DNA from: Octopus vulgaris
Taxonomy: Eukaryota
Reading direction: 5' to 3'
Assembly: GCA_951406725.2 (NCBI GenBank)
Contig: OX597835.1
Span: 25,854,001-25,918,000, forward strand
DNA length: 64,000 nt
A program made the translations under genes and the position numbers. The notes under the pieces were generated by a model. That model saw only the letters and a program-made list of their open reading frames with translations. It was not told the origin of the DNA and did not search any database. This document shows positions 16,374 through 30,703 of this stretch, in pieces. How positions within the stretch are numbered: the first letter of the stretch is position 1; each line of letters begins with the position of its first letter.

Positions 16374-16894
16374 CAACTTTGTGTTATTTACATAATATTC
16401 TAAATAGAGCTTCCCATTGAAGCTGCTCAAAAGGCTGAACAATATTGACTTGACTTCAGTGTGAAGTTGAAGAAATATTTTCAATTAATTTTCAATGAAA
16501 CAGTCTGGTACGTTGAGGGAAAGAGAAAAAGAGATAGAGAGATCGATAGATAGAGATAGGGAGAGAGTGAGAGAAAGAATTAGAAGGAGGGAGAGAGTTG
16601 TATCGAAAAAATACATATGTGTGTGTGTGTGTGTGTTTGTGTGTGTGAATAGAGAAAAAGGGATAGGGTGAGTGAGAAGGAGATATATTTAAAGAGCGCT
16701 AATGTACAAATTAGGTAAATTTTAGGAAGGAACACGAACGGAATTCCTCCAAATACATACATACATGCATACATACATACATACATACATACATACATAC
16801 ATACATAGTACACATACATATAACATAAATACATACACACATACATACATATTTATATATGTATTATGCATATATAATACACACACATACATAC

Positions 16895-16967
<73 letters not shown>

Positions 16968-17076
16968 TGCAGATTGCATGAATACATATATATGCATACA
17001 CACACATCATTATCCCGCTATACATATAAGTATGTATAATGTATAACTAATGTGTGTGTGTGTGTGATGGGGTATG

Positions 17077-17113
<37 letters not shown>

Positions 17114-17168
17114 TAATGTGTGTATTGTCTGTGTATATATGTACATAGATTTACGATTTACCAACCAT

Positions 17169-17215
<47 letters not shown>

Positions 17216-17644
17216 CATGTATTTTACAAACGCATATGTATATGCATACACGCACACACATATTTACATGAGTTTGGGGTATATATATATGTCTGTCGGT
17301 ATATTTGTGTGTGTGTGTGTATGTGTGTGTGCCTGCATGTGCATATATATAATGTATATGAGCAGCTATATCGGTTCCTCGTCTGGGCGTGTTCTACAAC
17401 AAAGGCAATATACAGATACCAATTTAGATAACAAAACAAGAAGAAAGCAACAACAGCAATGGGGATAATAGCAATAACAACAACAACAACAAAAACAACA
17501 AAAGAAGCAAATACAATTAATAAAAAAATTGTTGAATTTATTTCTTCCTGATATGATTTTGATATTATGTACCAAATTTTTACTGTCATATGATACAAAT
17601 GCATCAACTATTTTTGTTCCTCTCTCTCCCTCTCTCTCTCTCTC

Positions 17645-17703
<59 letters not shown>

Positions 17704-17819
17704 GTTCATATATTATATGATTATGTGTAAATCTATGTATGCATATATATATATATAAATATAAAATATACGTGAATAAATATTTATAAACACATAATTA
17801 TATATAAAAATAGGGAGAA

Positions 17820-18016
17820 TTAACAAAAAAAAAACCCAAACCCCCCCAAAACAGAAGACGAAGCCAGGTGGTGTAGACAACAAATAGATGTATTAATATG
17901 ACGCTCGGGAAGTGAAAAAGTCTTTACGTTTCGAGCCTATGCTCTTACGCAGAAAGGAACACAGAAAGAAACAAGGAGAGAAAATAAAAAATGTGTAGTG
18001 GCTAGTGATCTATCAT

Positions 18017-18020
<4 letters not shown>
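17820..18020 (-). mobile_element. Penelope-like terminal fragment, family P1
   Basis: Homologous to 49816-50020. Degenerate core CTGCGTA-A-GAGC-atag-GCTC-GAAA-CG-TA. Confidence 0.6.
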
Positions 18021-18082
<62 letters not shown>

Positions 18083-18414
18083 GTATGTATATGTATATAT
18101 GTATACGAATTACAAATGTTAAGCAGCGATGTGTGCAAACAGAAACTAGTTACGAGTTCAAATGTGCCTGAGGTGAATTCGAACTCGTAAGAAAGTCATT
18201 CACGGGATTTTGTTACGGAGATAAGTATTCCCACTCTGGACAAATATTTGTAAACACATCAAATCATACGTAGTGATTCCTAGTTAGATCGATTAATGCA
18301 TGCATTTCGGAGCATCAAACAGTTGAAAGGAATGATGGGGATGCTGAAGAGGGGATAACAACTACGAAATGTATGCATTTGTGTAAGAGGCGTGAATTTT
18401 TCTCCACGATATAT

Positions 18415-18700
18415 GTAGTGCGGGAGCATCATAGTCATGTGTTGAGAGGAATTTTGGGGAGTTTGAATAATTCATCTCTGGAAACACGGGCGTTCTGCTC
18501 ATCATCCTTAAACAAACCTGAGTCTGAGACATTTTGAGCGCGATGAGCTACTCAACCTGAAGAAAGTTCTAACTGGGATGCACTGTTTATTTTGATATAA
18601 GATCACTATGTCGCGCACATCTGGTTGTTATGCATGGGCCTGTTGTACCCTTAACAGACGATTAGTCATGATGGCTATATTGGGCTTCGCATAATTGTAC
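18415..18700 (+). mobile_element. Degenerate partial copy of the TAA-inserted ~540-bp element
   Basis: gtagtg.gggagcatcatag.catgtgttgagagg...gtcgcgcacat...gtcatgatgg matches 43490-43780. Confidence 0.75.
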
Positions 18701-19724
18701 AAAATACAGTGATTAGATTTCATTCTCACCGTATAGCAAATACAAAGACAGAATTAAAAGTTGTTGCCTTTAAAGACAATTGCTCGAGGAGGTTTGGTTG
18801 ACACTGGGTGAATCTATTTTTTTCATGGTTGACTTATATGGAATGTGATGCTCGGGTATATGAAGATTATGGAACTTTTTCGAAAGGAACCACCGACGAT
18901 AGCGACAGATATATAGTATCTCTGATCGCCAGTTAAGTGATACCACAATACACGTCAGTGAGTAGGACTCTTGACTTAGGCAAAATCTTTAGTCACGTAC
19001 TCTGTTAGTATGATTTGGCTCCATTAACGACGCTCCACGTATTGGCAGTATGCCAATCCGTGCCTTTTTCAGCTATCAAATGAATTGTGTCAAGACGTGG
19101 AATTTTCTTCGTTCCTTCACCTGAATAAATAGAGATAATGAATAGAGCGATATACAAAAGTGATTGTAGTTAGATGCAGCTCATTCATTCAAGGCCTTCT
19201 GGTGGAGGGAGTATTATACGTTTACTCAGTATGTGACTTCGTTAGAGAGCAGGATCTCTTGAGAGGGCATGTAGAGGGATTTCATCGGTCATAGGCTGGC
19301 TTTTGGAGTAGTGACACTATAGGAGGGTGTTTGCGATCAGAAATGTTATACTTTCCATACAAGAATAATTGACCTTAAGGTTGGGTGAGTTGAACAACTT
19401 ATGATATTTGTGTTAGGGCGGAAAATGATGTCTCTGTACAGCTAATGAGTTCTTCACTATGTTCATGGTAACTTCGATGATGCACGCTGGATTAAATCAG
19501 ATCACTTTCTTCAGTTCCCTTTTGCTGTGTTGTGGGTTGCGTCTTTTATCGAATTTGCTACTAAGTTGCATATCATTATTATAGGGCGCTTCCCTATTGA
19601 AAATATCCCTACCTGAAGATATATCACTCAGTATATACTATCCACAAAGTCCCTAGTCATAACGAACGGGTGCCTGGAATGTTTGTAGATGTAAATAGCA
19701 TCACAACTCATATTTCTTTAGTGA

Positions 19725-20140
19725 ACGTGCGGCTTAAAGTTTATGGTATTCGGCTCAGGTTCGTGAGTTCGATTTCTGACTGCTCGTTGTGTCTTTGAGT
19801 AAGACACTCTATTTCACGTTGCTCCGGTCCACTCAGTTGCACCTGTAATTCAAAGGATCGGCCTCATCGCATTCTGGGTCACGCTGAAGCTTTCTGAGAA
19901 CTACGTTAAGGGTATACCTGTTTGTGAATGTATTTGTGTGTTTGTGTTTGACTTTCCCACCATCGCTTGACAACCGATGTTGGTGTGCTTACATCTCCGT
20001 AACTTAGTGGTTCGGCAAAAGAGACTGATAGAATAAGTACCAGGCTTACAAAGAATAAGTCCTGGGGTCGATTAGTTCGACTAAAGGCGATGCTACTGCA
20101 TGGCCGCAGTAAAAATGACTGAAACAAGTAAAAGAGAAAA
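19725..20140 (+). mobile_element. Chimeric SINE: family III head and partial tail joined to a family I tail
   Basis: Head gtgagttcgatt..gtgtctttgagtaagacact and gagaactacgttaagggtata, then accatcgcttgacaaccgatg...atgactgaaacaagtaaaagag. Confidence 0.7.
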
Positions 20141-20500
20141 AAAAGAAGATCAGGAAATGAATGCCGCTAACGAATGTGCCAGTTTTCCGCCTTGCTGTGC
20201 CACTTAGGATGCAGCCAGTTTAGTGCTTTCGAGTGCGTATGTACTATAAAGAGCTATCAGCCCGAATTGATTTGCGATCACAAAAATGAGGAAGCGATTT
20301 ATTATGAAGTGGTATAAGACTTCAAAACAAAATACGTTTGTCTCTTACATTATACTGGTCACAGATGGACAAAAAAATAAAAGCGGAAAGGCATGTGATC
20401 TCCCACAACAGCTATTTTACACAACAATGCTAGAAATATAACACAGCTGTAAATCTTCTCACGTACGTACACATATATACACATACACACATATAAGTAC

Positions 20501-20588
<88 letters not shown>

Positions 20589-20728
20589 ATCACACATGCA
20601 CTGTTATATCATTTGATTATATTGCAATGTACGCTAAGAACATTGATAAGTTTAGTTTAATTTTTGTGCACATACTAGCAACACCATATACATACATACA
20701 TATACATACATACATTCATATATATATG

Positions 20729-20789
<61 letters not shown>

Positions 20790-21235
20790 GTATGAATGTA
20801 TATATATATATGCATATATATTTATGTATGTATATATATATATATGCATATATATTTATATATGTATGTATGTATATATATATATATTCATATTTATATA
20901 TGTATGTATATGTATATATATATATATACATACACATATATACATATAATTCACAACATACACACATACTCACACACACCATACACACACACAGACACAC
21001 ACGCGTACATATGTTCGCGTATCTGTTTCCAGTATTCGCTTGTTTTTGAAAGAAAAAAAAAAACAATCGTTAAACATTAAACAATGCCAGTTTACCCTAA
21101 TAAAGAAACAAGCAAACAAGCAAAGCAAAATTCACAACAAAACCAACAACGGGGAGAAGCAAAACACAAGAGCTTGTTGTTTCAATTTTGATGAAATAAC
21201 AAGAAAAGCAAGTCGAAATAATAATGATAATAATG

Positions 21236-21298
<63 letters not shown>

Positions 21299-21350
21299 GT
21301 GATGATTTTAATAATAATGATAAGAATAAAAATAATGATAATAATGATGC

Positions 21351-21381
<31 letters not shown>

Positions 21382-21749
21382 TTAAAATAAGGAAAATGTC
21401 GAAAGATAACTGTAAAACATTAGCTTATTGCTTTTTGTCTTATGTAGGTAATGTGCTGTCAATGTTGGAGCTAATGGCCGCTTAGCCATCATGTGTAAAT
21501 ACATTAATGGAGAACAAGTAAAACATGCACTAGACTGATTTAGTTTCGAACAACACACATAAATAATGAAATGAAATGAAACAAAATAAAAGAAACAAGC
21601 CTGAAACAATTCAAATAAAAGCCGTATCATTCAACTCAACGTTGAAAGGGGAATGCGTACTTTGAATTTGACGCATAAAAAGTAAAATGGCGTTTGAAAA
21701 AAATTAGTTGTTCTAGAAACAAATAAACCGGTACACATTCAGTGTAATG

Positions 21750-22843
21750 GCTTCTGATTTTGGCACAGGACTAGAGAATTCGAGGGGAACGGCCTAATGG
21801 CTAGCATCGATTTCAGTTCTTGAGTTGTACTTTATTTCATCGACCGCGGGGAGATGAAAGGCACAATTCACTGCGGATTTTGATTTTGATTATAGAATGC
21901 AAAGAACTTGACACAAACACGGTTTGCTGCTGGTAGTTTATTTTATTGTCCCTACTTTCACCAAGCAAAATCGAATACAACGACAACACAGAAGACCAAA
22001 ATATATCAATGAAACCTAATATTTCGATTACAGGCTCTGTTGATACCACCGACTCCAGTATATGAATGGTACTCTATTTTATCGACCCTAGAATGTTGAA
22101 AGGCTAAGTTGATTTCTACAGGGGGCTAAACATTGAAGGGACAAACAACGAAAGACAAAGGGTGCGTAACTGGTACTTATTTAATTGAGCCTGAAAGGAT
22201 GAAAGGCAAAGTCGACCTTGGTGGAATTTGAACTCAGAATGTAAAGACCGATGAAATACCTATTTCTTTACTGCCCATAAGGGTCTACACACAGAGGGGA
22301 CAAACAAGGACAGACAAAAGGAGTAAGTCGATCAAATCGACCCCAGTGCGTAACTGGTACTTATTTAATCGACGCCGAAAGGATGGAAGGCAAAGTCGAC
22401 CTCGGCGAAATTTGAACTCAGAAGTAAAGAACCGGAAGAAACACCAAGAATACATTTTGTTTGACACTTTATCGAATCTGCCGAAAATAAACCTTTCTAC
22501 TAAAGACACAAGGCCTGAAGTTTTGGGGGAGGAGGCTAATCGATTACATCGACCCCAGTGTCTCACTGGTACTTCATAAATTGATCCGAAAGGATAAAAG
22601 GCAAAGTCGACCTCGGCGGAATTTGAACTCAGAACGTAACGGCAGACGAAATACCTATTTCTTTACTACCCACAAGGGGCTAAACACAGAAAGAGGACAA
22701 ACGGATTAAGTCGATTTAATCGACCCCGAAAGGATGAAAGGCAAAGTCGACCTCAGCGGAATTTGAACTCAGAACGTAGCGGCAGACGAAATACCGCTAA
22801 GCATTTCGCCCAGTGTGCTGACGATTCTGCCAGCTCGCCGTCT
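21750..22843 (-). mobile_element. Head-to-tail array of about six SINE family M monomers with alternating tails
   Basis: Repeated gaaaggcaaagtcgacct..gg.ggaatttgaactcag units at ~22200, 22385, 22595 and 22736, plus degraded units at ~22080 and ~21840. Confidence 0.85.
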
Positions 22844-22976
22844 TATTTCAGAGTAAAATCTATTAAAACTGTATGCGATTGCTTGTATTTGTGCGTACTT
22901 GTGCTTTTTGTGCGCTTCTATGTATATACACATATTTATTCATATATTTATTTCACATATTTATTCATATATACCT

Positions 22977-23125
<149 letters not shown>

Positions 23126-23822
23126 GAAGCATTTGATTATGGAACAAAAATTAAATTTGGGTCAACGACTTTACGTACAGTACCACCCCATAAACATTTA
23201 ATCACATATAAAAATCACCATGGTTTTCAAACACATACAAATATAATACATATACCTAAAATCACAGAAGGTAAAAATATATAATCGAATAAAATACAAA
23301 TAGAACGGCCTATCAAAAATGTTAAATATAAACGGCTAAAAATTGAAAAATTACCAAAAAACTTAATAGATAAATATAAAATAAGTAAAGGTAAAAGTAA
23401 AAATAAAATAAATATCCATCGACTAAAAAAATTTTATCAGACGATAAAGATATTTTTAAAAAAATTAAAAAAATTTTTGAAAAATATTTGAAAAAAGTAT
23501 TTTACTTCCCTCATACAAGTACATCCAAATTTCATAAGTAAACAGACATCCAGAGGTCAAATTCACATACATCTTGAAAAAAGTCTTTCACTCCCTCCAC
23601 ACAAGTCCGTTCAGAATATCATAAAGAGCAGACTTCAAAGGTTAAATTCAACATTCAAGTTTATTTACAATGTCTCTATAAAGTTCATAGATGAGATCCA
23701 GATGTTGTCCGTTTAGAATACACTCATAAGTGCTCAAGTGATACAAACTTGAGCGGGAATAGAAGTAAATATGGGGAGAAGCAAATTAGACAGATCAACA
23801 TATAAAGTATATAAGATACACA

Positions 23823-23886
<64 letters not shown>

Positions 23887-23992
23887 TTGCGCATTTATTC
23901 TTTTATTTGTTTCAGTCATTTGACTGCGGCCATGCTGGAACACCGCATTTAGTCGAACGAATCGAACGCAGGACTTATCCTTTGTAAGCCTA

Positions 23993-24248
23993 GGTAGATT
24001 TATAGACAGAGAGGTGAATTTCATTAGTAAGAACATGGTAGTAGATCTTTCCTCATGGGCAGATTTTTTTATCACTGAGTTCACTTTGTTATTTATATTT
24101 ACCAATGGGGACAGGTTTTTTTAATACCCCCTCCCCATTGGTAAATCTAAATAACAAAGTGAACTCAGTGATAAAAATCTGCCCAAGAGGAAAGATCTAC
24201 TACCATGTTCTTACTGATGAAATTCACCTCTCTGTCTATATATCTACC
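23993..24248. repeat. Inverted repeat, ~118-bp arms with a 20-bp spacer (fold-back element)
   Basis: ggtagatttatagacagagagg...accaatgggga (23993-24111) versus tccccattggt...cctctctgtctatatatctacc (24132-24248), with few mismatches. Confidence 0.9.
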
Positions 24249-24451
24249 CTCTTTGTAATGTTGGCAAAAGGAATAAGTATAAAAATGAACATTGTCAATT
24301 TAATTTAAAAAAATTCATATGTGGCTGAATAGTGCTCTACATTGTAAAACTGATGTAATACTTACATTGTTTAATTAAATGAAGTAGCATGAAACGATTG
24401 TACTACACTACCTTTGGATATCCTTGTTGCTTATTTTGATATAAATGTATG

Positions 24452-24497
<46 letters not shown>

Positions 24498-24498
<1 letters not shown>

Positions 24499-25752
24499 GA
24501 GGGGCGTTCAATAAGTAATGCTCCTGACCCACTTGCGGTTGTTTGATCTAGCTGAAATTTTGCATGTGCACTTATTTATACCTCTATAGATTAAGTGGCG
24601 AATTACAGCTCTGAACTAATTGTGGTTTCTAATTTACAGGTGTTTGAACTGAGTCAAGTGTGAAATGGAGCCTGTTGAGTGTCGAGCAGTGATCTGGTTT
24701 TTGTATTTGAAAGGACGCACACCACGGGAGACTTTTGATGAAATGAAAGTAACTTATGGTGATGATGCCCCATCATATGACCTTGTAAAACGCTGGCATT
24801 GTGAATTCAAACATAGTCGGAACTCTGTGAAAACAGCTCCCCTTCTGCCGTTGATGAGACGTCTGTCCGTCAAGTTGGGGCTGCTATTTTGGAAGGTCAA
24901 CGCATAACTATTCGCCAAATAGCCCATAAGGTCAAGATTAGTACCGGGTCTGTGGAAACTATCATTCATGACCATTTGCATATGCAAAAGGTGTCTGCCA
25001 GATGGATTTCCAGGTTGCTCACACCTTTCCAGAAGCAAGAACGCGTTGAGTGCTCGAGGATGAATTTGGAGATGTGCCAAGAAGATGAGTCAACATTTTT
25101 CAAAAGACTGATCACACAGGATAAAACCTGGGTCCATCACTATGATCCATAGACCAAAGCCAAGTCAATGCAGTGAAAGCATCGTGACTCGCCTCCTCCA
25201 AAGAAGGCAAGGGTGCAGCCCTCCGCTGACAAGGTTATACTCACAGTCTTCTGGGACCAGGACGGAGTAGTGATGACAGATTTCCTGGCAAAGGGTACCA
25301 CAATTACAGGAGCCTATTATGCTTCACTTTTGAGGAAATTAAGAGAAGCTATCAAAATCAAGAGGCGGGGCAAGATCAGCAAAGGCATCCTCCTCCTGCA
25401 GGACAACGCTCCGGTCCACAACTCGCGTGTCGCCAGATCAGAAGCACAGGCGTGCAGCTATGAACTCCTCCCCTTGCACCCTCTGATTTTCACCTCTTCC
25501 CAGCCATGAAGTTGATTTTGAAAGGAAAGCGTTTCCCAGATGATGCAGCCTTGATTTCAGAAGTCACGTCGTGGTTGGAGGACCAAGCTGGGGTCTTCTA
25601 CAAAAACGGTCTCCAGAGCTGTGTCAAACGATGGGAGAAATGCATAACTCTGGGTAGTTCCTATGTAGGAAAAGACTAATAACTGTGCCAAGTGTCGTTG
25701 CTCTACTGCTATGGGAAGTGGGTCAGGGGCATTACTTATTGAACGCCCCTCG
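24498..25752 (+). mobile_element. Full-length mariner DNA transposon (1255 bp) with TA target duplication
   Basis: TIRs cgaggggcgttcaataagtaatgc(t/c)cctgacccactt at both ends, flanked by TA inside a (TA)n tract. Confidence 0.97.
24665..25679 (+). pseudogene. Mariner DD34D transposase pseudogene (frameshifts and stops)
   Basis: Fragments MEPVECRAVIWFL (HTH), VSARWISRLL (WVPHEL motif), LITQDKTWVHHYDP, LLLQDNAPVH and LAPSDFHLF. The YSPD part is deleted. Confidence 0.93.
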
Positions 25753-25768
25753 TATATATGTACATATG

Positions 25769-25819
<51 letters not shown>

Positions 25820-25964
25820 GTATATATACTTATATACATACATATATATAAATATATATGTATATCTATCTATCTATACAAACATACCTGTGCGTATACA
25901 TAGAAGCATACATACATACATACATACATACATACATACATACTTACATACATAAATACATACA

Positions 25965-26029
<65 letters not shown>

Positions 26030-26542
26030 TTGTGTGTGTATTTATATAGATATATAGATAGATAGATATAGATATAGATACATATATATGCATATGCATA
26101 GGTACATAGATAAAAATACATATATATTAATATATGTGACATTATGTATATATACGCTTGTACCTACATACCTATATATCTACCAATAGATATACAATTA
26201 CCGAGCGATTTCGTGGCAGCGAGTCGAAACGCGATTGATCTCAACGGTCGGGGAGGGGGAAAAGCAAACAAATACCGGAAGAATAACCGGAAGTAAAGAA
26301 TTGAATGCAGGTTAGTAACTCCAGAGATCAATAAATCTCCATTCGCTGTAATGTCATCCGGGAAACGCCTGAAACACTTGCAAGTGGACATAATATCACT
26401 ACAATAGTATAAAAAGATAAGTTTAATGGAGCATATATGTGTGTATATGCAGAACTGAACCAATGATCTCTCGGTATATATATATATATATGATTTCTTT
26501 TGAATGAAACAGTTCTAGTCCTGTAGAAGCTCATTCTATAAA

Positions 26543-26634
<92 letters not shown>

Positions 26635-26801
26635 GTGTGTATATATATATGTATGTATGTATGTATGCTTGTATGTATACGCATAGGTATGTTTGTATTG
26701 ATAGATAGATAGATAGATAGATAGACAGGAAGGTAAGTAGATAGAGAGCTATTATTATATGTGCATGTATATATATTTGCCTATATGTGTCTGCATATCT
26801 A

Positions 26802-26860
<59 letters not shown>

Positions 26861-27275
26861 ATATCTATCTATCTATATATATATATGTACTTATACCTGT
26901 CTCTCTCTCTCTCTTTCTCTTTCTCTCTATCTCTATTTATCTATCTACATGTGTAGCTGACAAACAAGCAACTTATGAACATATGAACAGTCGAGCATGA
27001 CAAAGCTACTCTCCGTTTCAACATTCTTTTCACTAAAAACCCTTTTTCTGTATCCCCTTCCACGCTTACTATTTAATGCATTAGCCTTACTCAACGTTGA
27101 GTCCCAGATCTGGCCTAAGAGAGAATATTGAAATGAAACAAATATTTTGTTATGTCGATATAAAGAACCATTTTATCGACAATTGATATTATCTATAATT
27201 CAATTTCTACTTATTTTCGTATATATCCATGCAAAAAATAGCCTTTTGCACATTCTCGTTGTCAATGCAGTGCAT

Positions 27276-27334
<59 letters not shown>

Positions 27335-27365
27335 TACACATATCATACACATGTATATGTATATA

Positions 27366-27398
<33 letters not shown>

Positions 27399-27437
27399 AT
27401 CTATATATTATCTATATTTATCTATATCATATTATAT

Positions 27438-27505
<68 letters not shown>

Positions 27506-28046
27506 CTTTATGGATTTGTTTTGCAAGAGTGCTGACGTCAAATAGCGTGCTGAAACAGATATTGTTGTTTCGGTATGGTCATTCTTTCCTTAACATACAA
27601 ACACACATTCTATAGTACGTGTGTTTATTTGGCAAGAGTAAAGAATATTGACCAGCCCCCAAAACAACGACATATATATATATATGAATATATATAAATA
27701 TATATACATATATATATATACATATATTTATATACACATACATACATAATACATGCATACATGAATATATAAGTATGTATATATATATATTTATATTTAT
27801 ATATAGTCAATTCAAATAAACGAATAACATGAGGACGTGCATAAATGTATTAGTTTGACTCTCGGGGAAAGGAGAATATATATATATATAGCTTTTAGCA
27901 TAAAATATATATATATATATAGCATAAAATATATATATATATAGCTTTTAGCATAAAAAATTTAGATTCAGATGAATATGGTACTTAAGTTGAAGCACCA
28001 GAATTTAGTATGGTATTATCCATACAATTTAAAATAACGTGATTAA

Positions 28047-28383
28047 AATCAAAATAAGCAACAAGGATATCCAGAGGTAATGCAGTACGATCGTTTCATG
28101 CGACTCCATTTAATTGAACAATACACCCATTACATCAATTTAAAGTTACAAATATGATGTTGTTGGTAAAACATGTTCTTTATCTATCTCTTTTTCCCCT
28201 TGGAGATTTTGGATAATATTATACTAATGTGTCCTTCAAATTTAATTAAATTCTATGTTTTTGTGCGGTTGAAGATTGCTCTACATTTTAAATTGATGTA
28301 ATGATTGCATTGTTCAATAAAATGGGGTCGCATGAAACGATCGTACTGCATTACCTCTGAATATGCTTGTTGCTTATTTTGAT
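28047..28383. repeat. Inverted repeat, ~100-bp arms with a ~140-bp spacer; one arm is also at 24335-24441
   Basis: atcaaaataagcaacaagg..gcagtacgatcgtttcatgcgac versus gtcgcatgaaacgatcgtactgc..cttgttgcttattttgat. The direct repeat atagcttttagca occurs at 27941-27953 and 28382-28394. Confidence 0.85.
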
Positions 28384-28644
28384 AGCTTTTAGCACAACTA
28401 GGTTTCGGCCAGTATAGTACCAGGCCATATCTAACTTAATAGCACCACTTAGTGAAGTCATTTAGATCGTGATTCACAGCTCAGTCATATATGCGACACC
28501 ATGGCGCACTTTAGCAAAGAGTTTTTATTGTTGGTGACATATCCGGGTGCAGGAGGTTAGTCTGGGAATTTTGGGGAGAAATTTGTCCAGAGAACTTTTG
28601 AATTTTAAGGGATCTGTCATCTAGGCTTCATTATTTCTCGTGCC

Positions 28645-29065
<421 letters not shown>

Positions 29066-29069
29066 CTTT

Positions 29070-29455
29070 AAGCGATTGTACCGTATTTGTTTTCATCCTC
29101 TTTCTTTACAATCCTGGAATCAAACGGACATGATGGATCGATGAGTAAGCAACTTGGCTTTTCCTTGTCTATTCTTCTTATGCCTGGCTTGTTATTTCCC
29201 AGCTTCTTAACCGTTTAAATAGGAAAATCCCACAAAATTTTGCATTTCTCGGACTCCAGCACGCATTCGATCCGACAATCATACCATATAACTCCAGCTT
29301 GAAATCGCCATTTCTTAGATTCTCCCTGTTCCAACTTGGGACATTCTGCAACAATTTGTGTCATGTCTCATTCCAAATTCCACAGATTCTTCATTTTCCT
29401 GACAAACTCTCCACAAACATTTTTTCAAGTTGTCGCTTGATCTTAAGTTGCGTTA
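29070..29455 (-). mobile_element. Old R4/Dong-type LINE fragment (CCHC-RLE region)
   Basis: Minus strand gives ..QIVAECPKL.., VLESEKCKILWDFPI and KPSCLLIDPSCPFDSRIVKK, with stops and frameshifts. Confidence 0.7.
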
Positions 29456-29627
29456 ATTAAGCTATCTGTTTCTCCTTCCTTTTCTCCTCCTCCTTCTCCC
29501 CTTCTTCTTCTTCTTCTTCTTCAGCTCCTCCAACTACTATTATCACCACCTCCGCCACTACTACTACTACTACTACACACATATACCTATATACATATAA
29601 ATATATATGTACATATATGTGTGCGTG

Positions 29628-29658
<31 letters not shown>

Positions 29659-29663
29659 GTATG

Positions 29664-29712
<49 letters not shown>

Positions 29713-29892
29713 GTATATACAAATGATAAGAAGAAGACAGAGAAAATTCTTTAACACATCAATAATGATTCGTTGCAATTATTTCTGTACCATCTCTACT
29801 TGCATCGCCAATTTACGAAACCGACGTAATGTTTGCGGTTTTAGACATTACAGAGGCACTTCATCAGACTTGCATCAAAGGTGTGCAGTAAA

Positions 29893-29933
<41 letters not shown>

Positions 29934-30038
29934 GTATGTATGTATGTATGTATGTGTATATATATATATGTATATGTATGTATATATGCATATATGTATG
30001 TATGTATATATGCATATATGTATGTATGTATATATGCA

Positions 30039-30086
<48 letters not shown>

Positions 30087-30510
30087 CATTCATATACGAA
30101 CATGCATGCATAATTGCCTCCGTGTGTCTACAAAAATGTGCGTGTGTACACATACGTGTAGGTGTACATATCTGCATGTATCGTTTGTTACACAAACAAA
30201 CCTGTTATTCAACCGCTTCCGACAGAAAAAAAGTCTTCGTGTTGATTTTTCTAAAATATTTCTATAACATTGTTTAATGCAAAGTTTGGACATTCTGTTA
30301 AAGTAGCATTTGAAATTTGCAAGTGAAGTCCATAATTTTATCAAAGAGGTGTATACATTAAACACACACACACAATAATAATGCTATAAGCGTATATATG
30401 TACATAATTTCTGAGTTTATTATTTCTCATATATATATATACATGTATAAATATATAAGGACAGGCACATATATAATCACATATATATAAATACATGCCT
30501 TTATATACAT

Positions 30511-30555
<45 letters not shown>

Positions 30556-30602
30556 CATATTATGTACGTTTATGTGTATATATATATACATACATTCATA
30601 CA

Positions 30603-30641
<39 letters not shown>

Positions 30642-30667
30642 CGTATATACATAAATGGCTACCTGTA

Positions 30668-30703
<36 letters not shown>

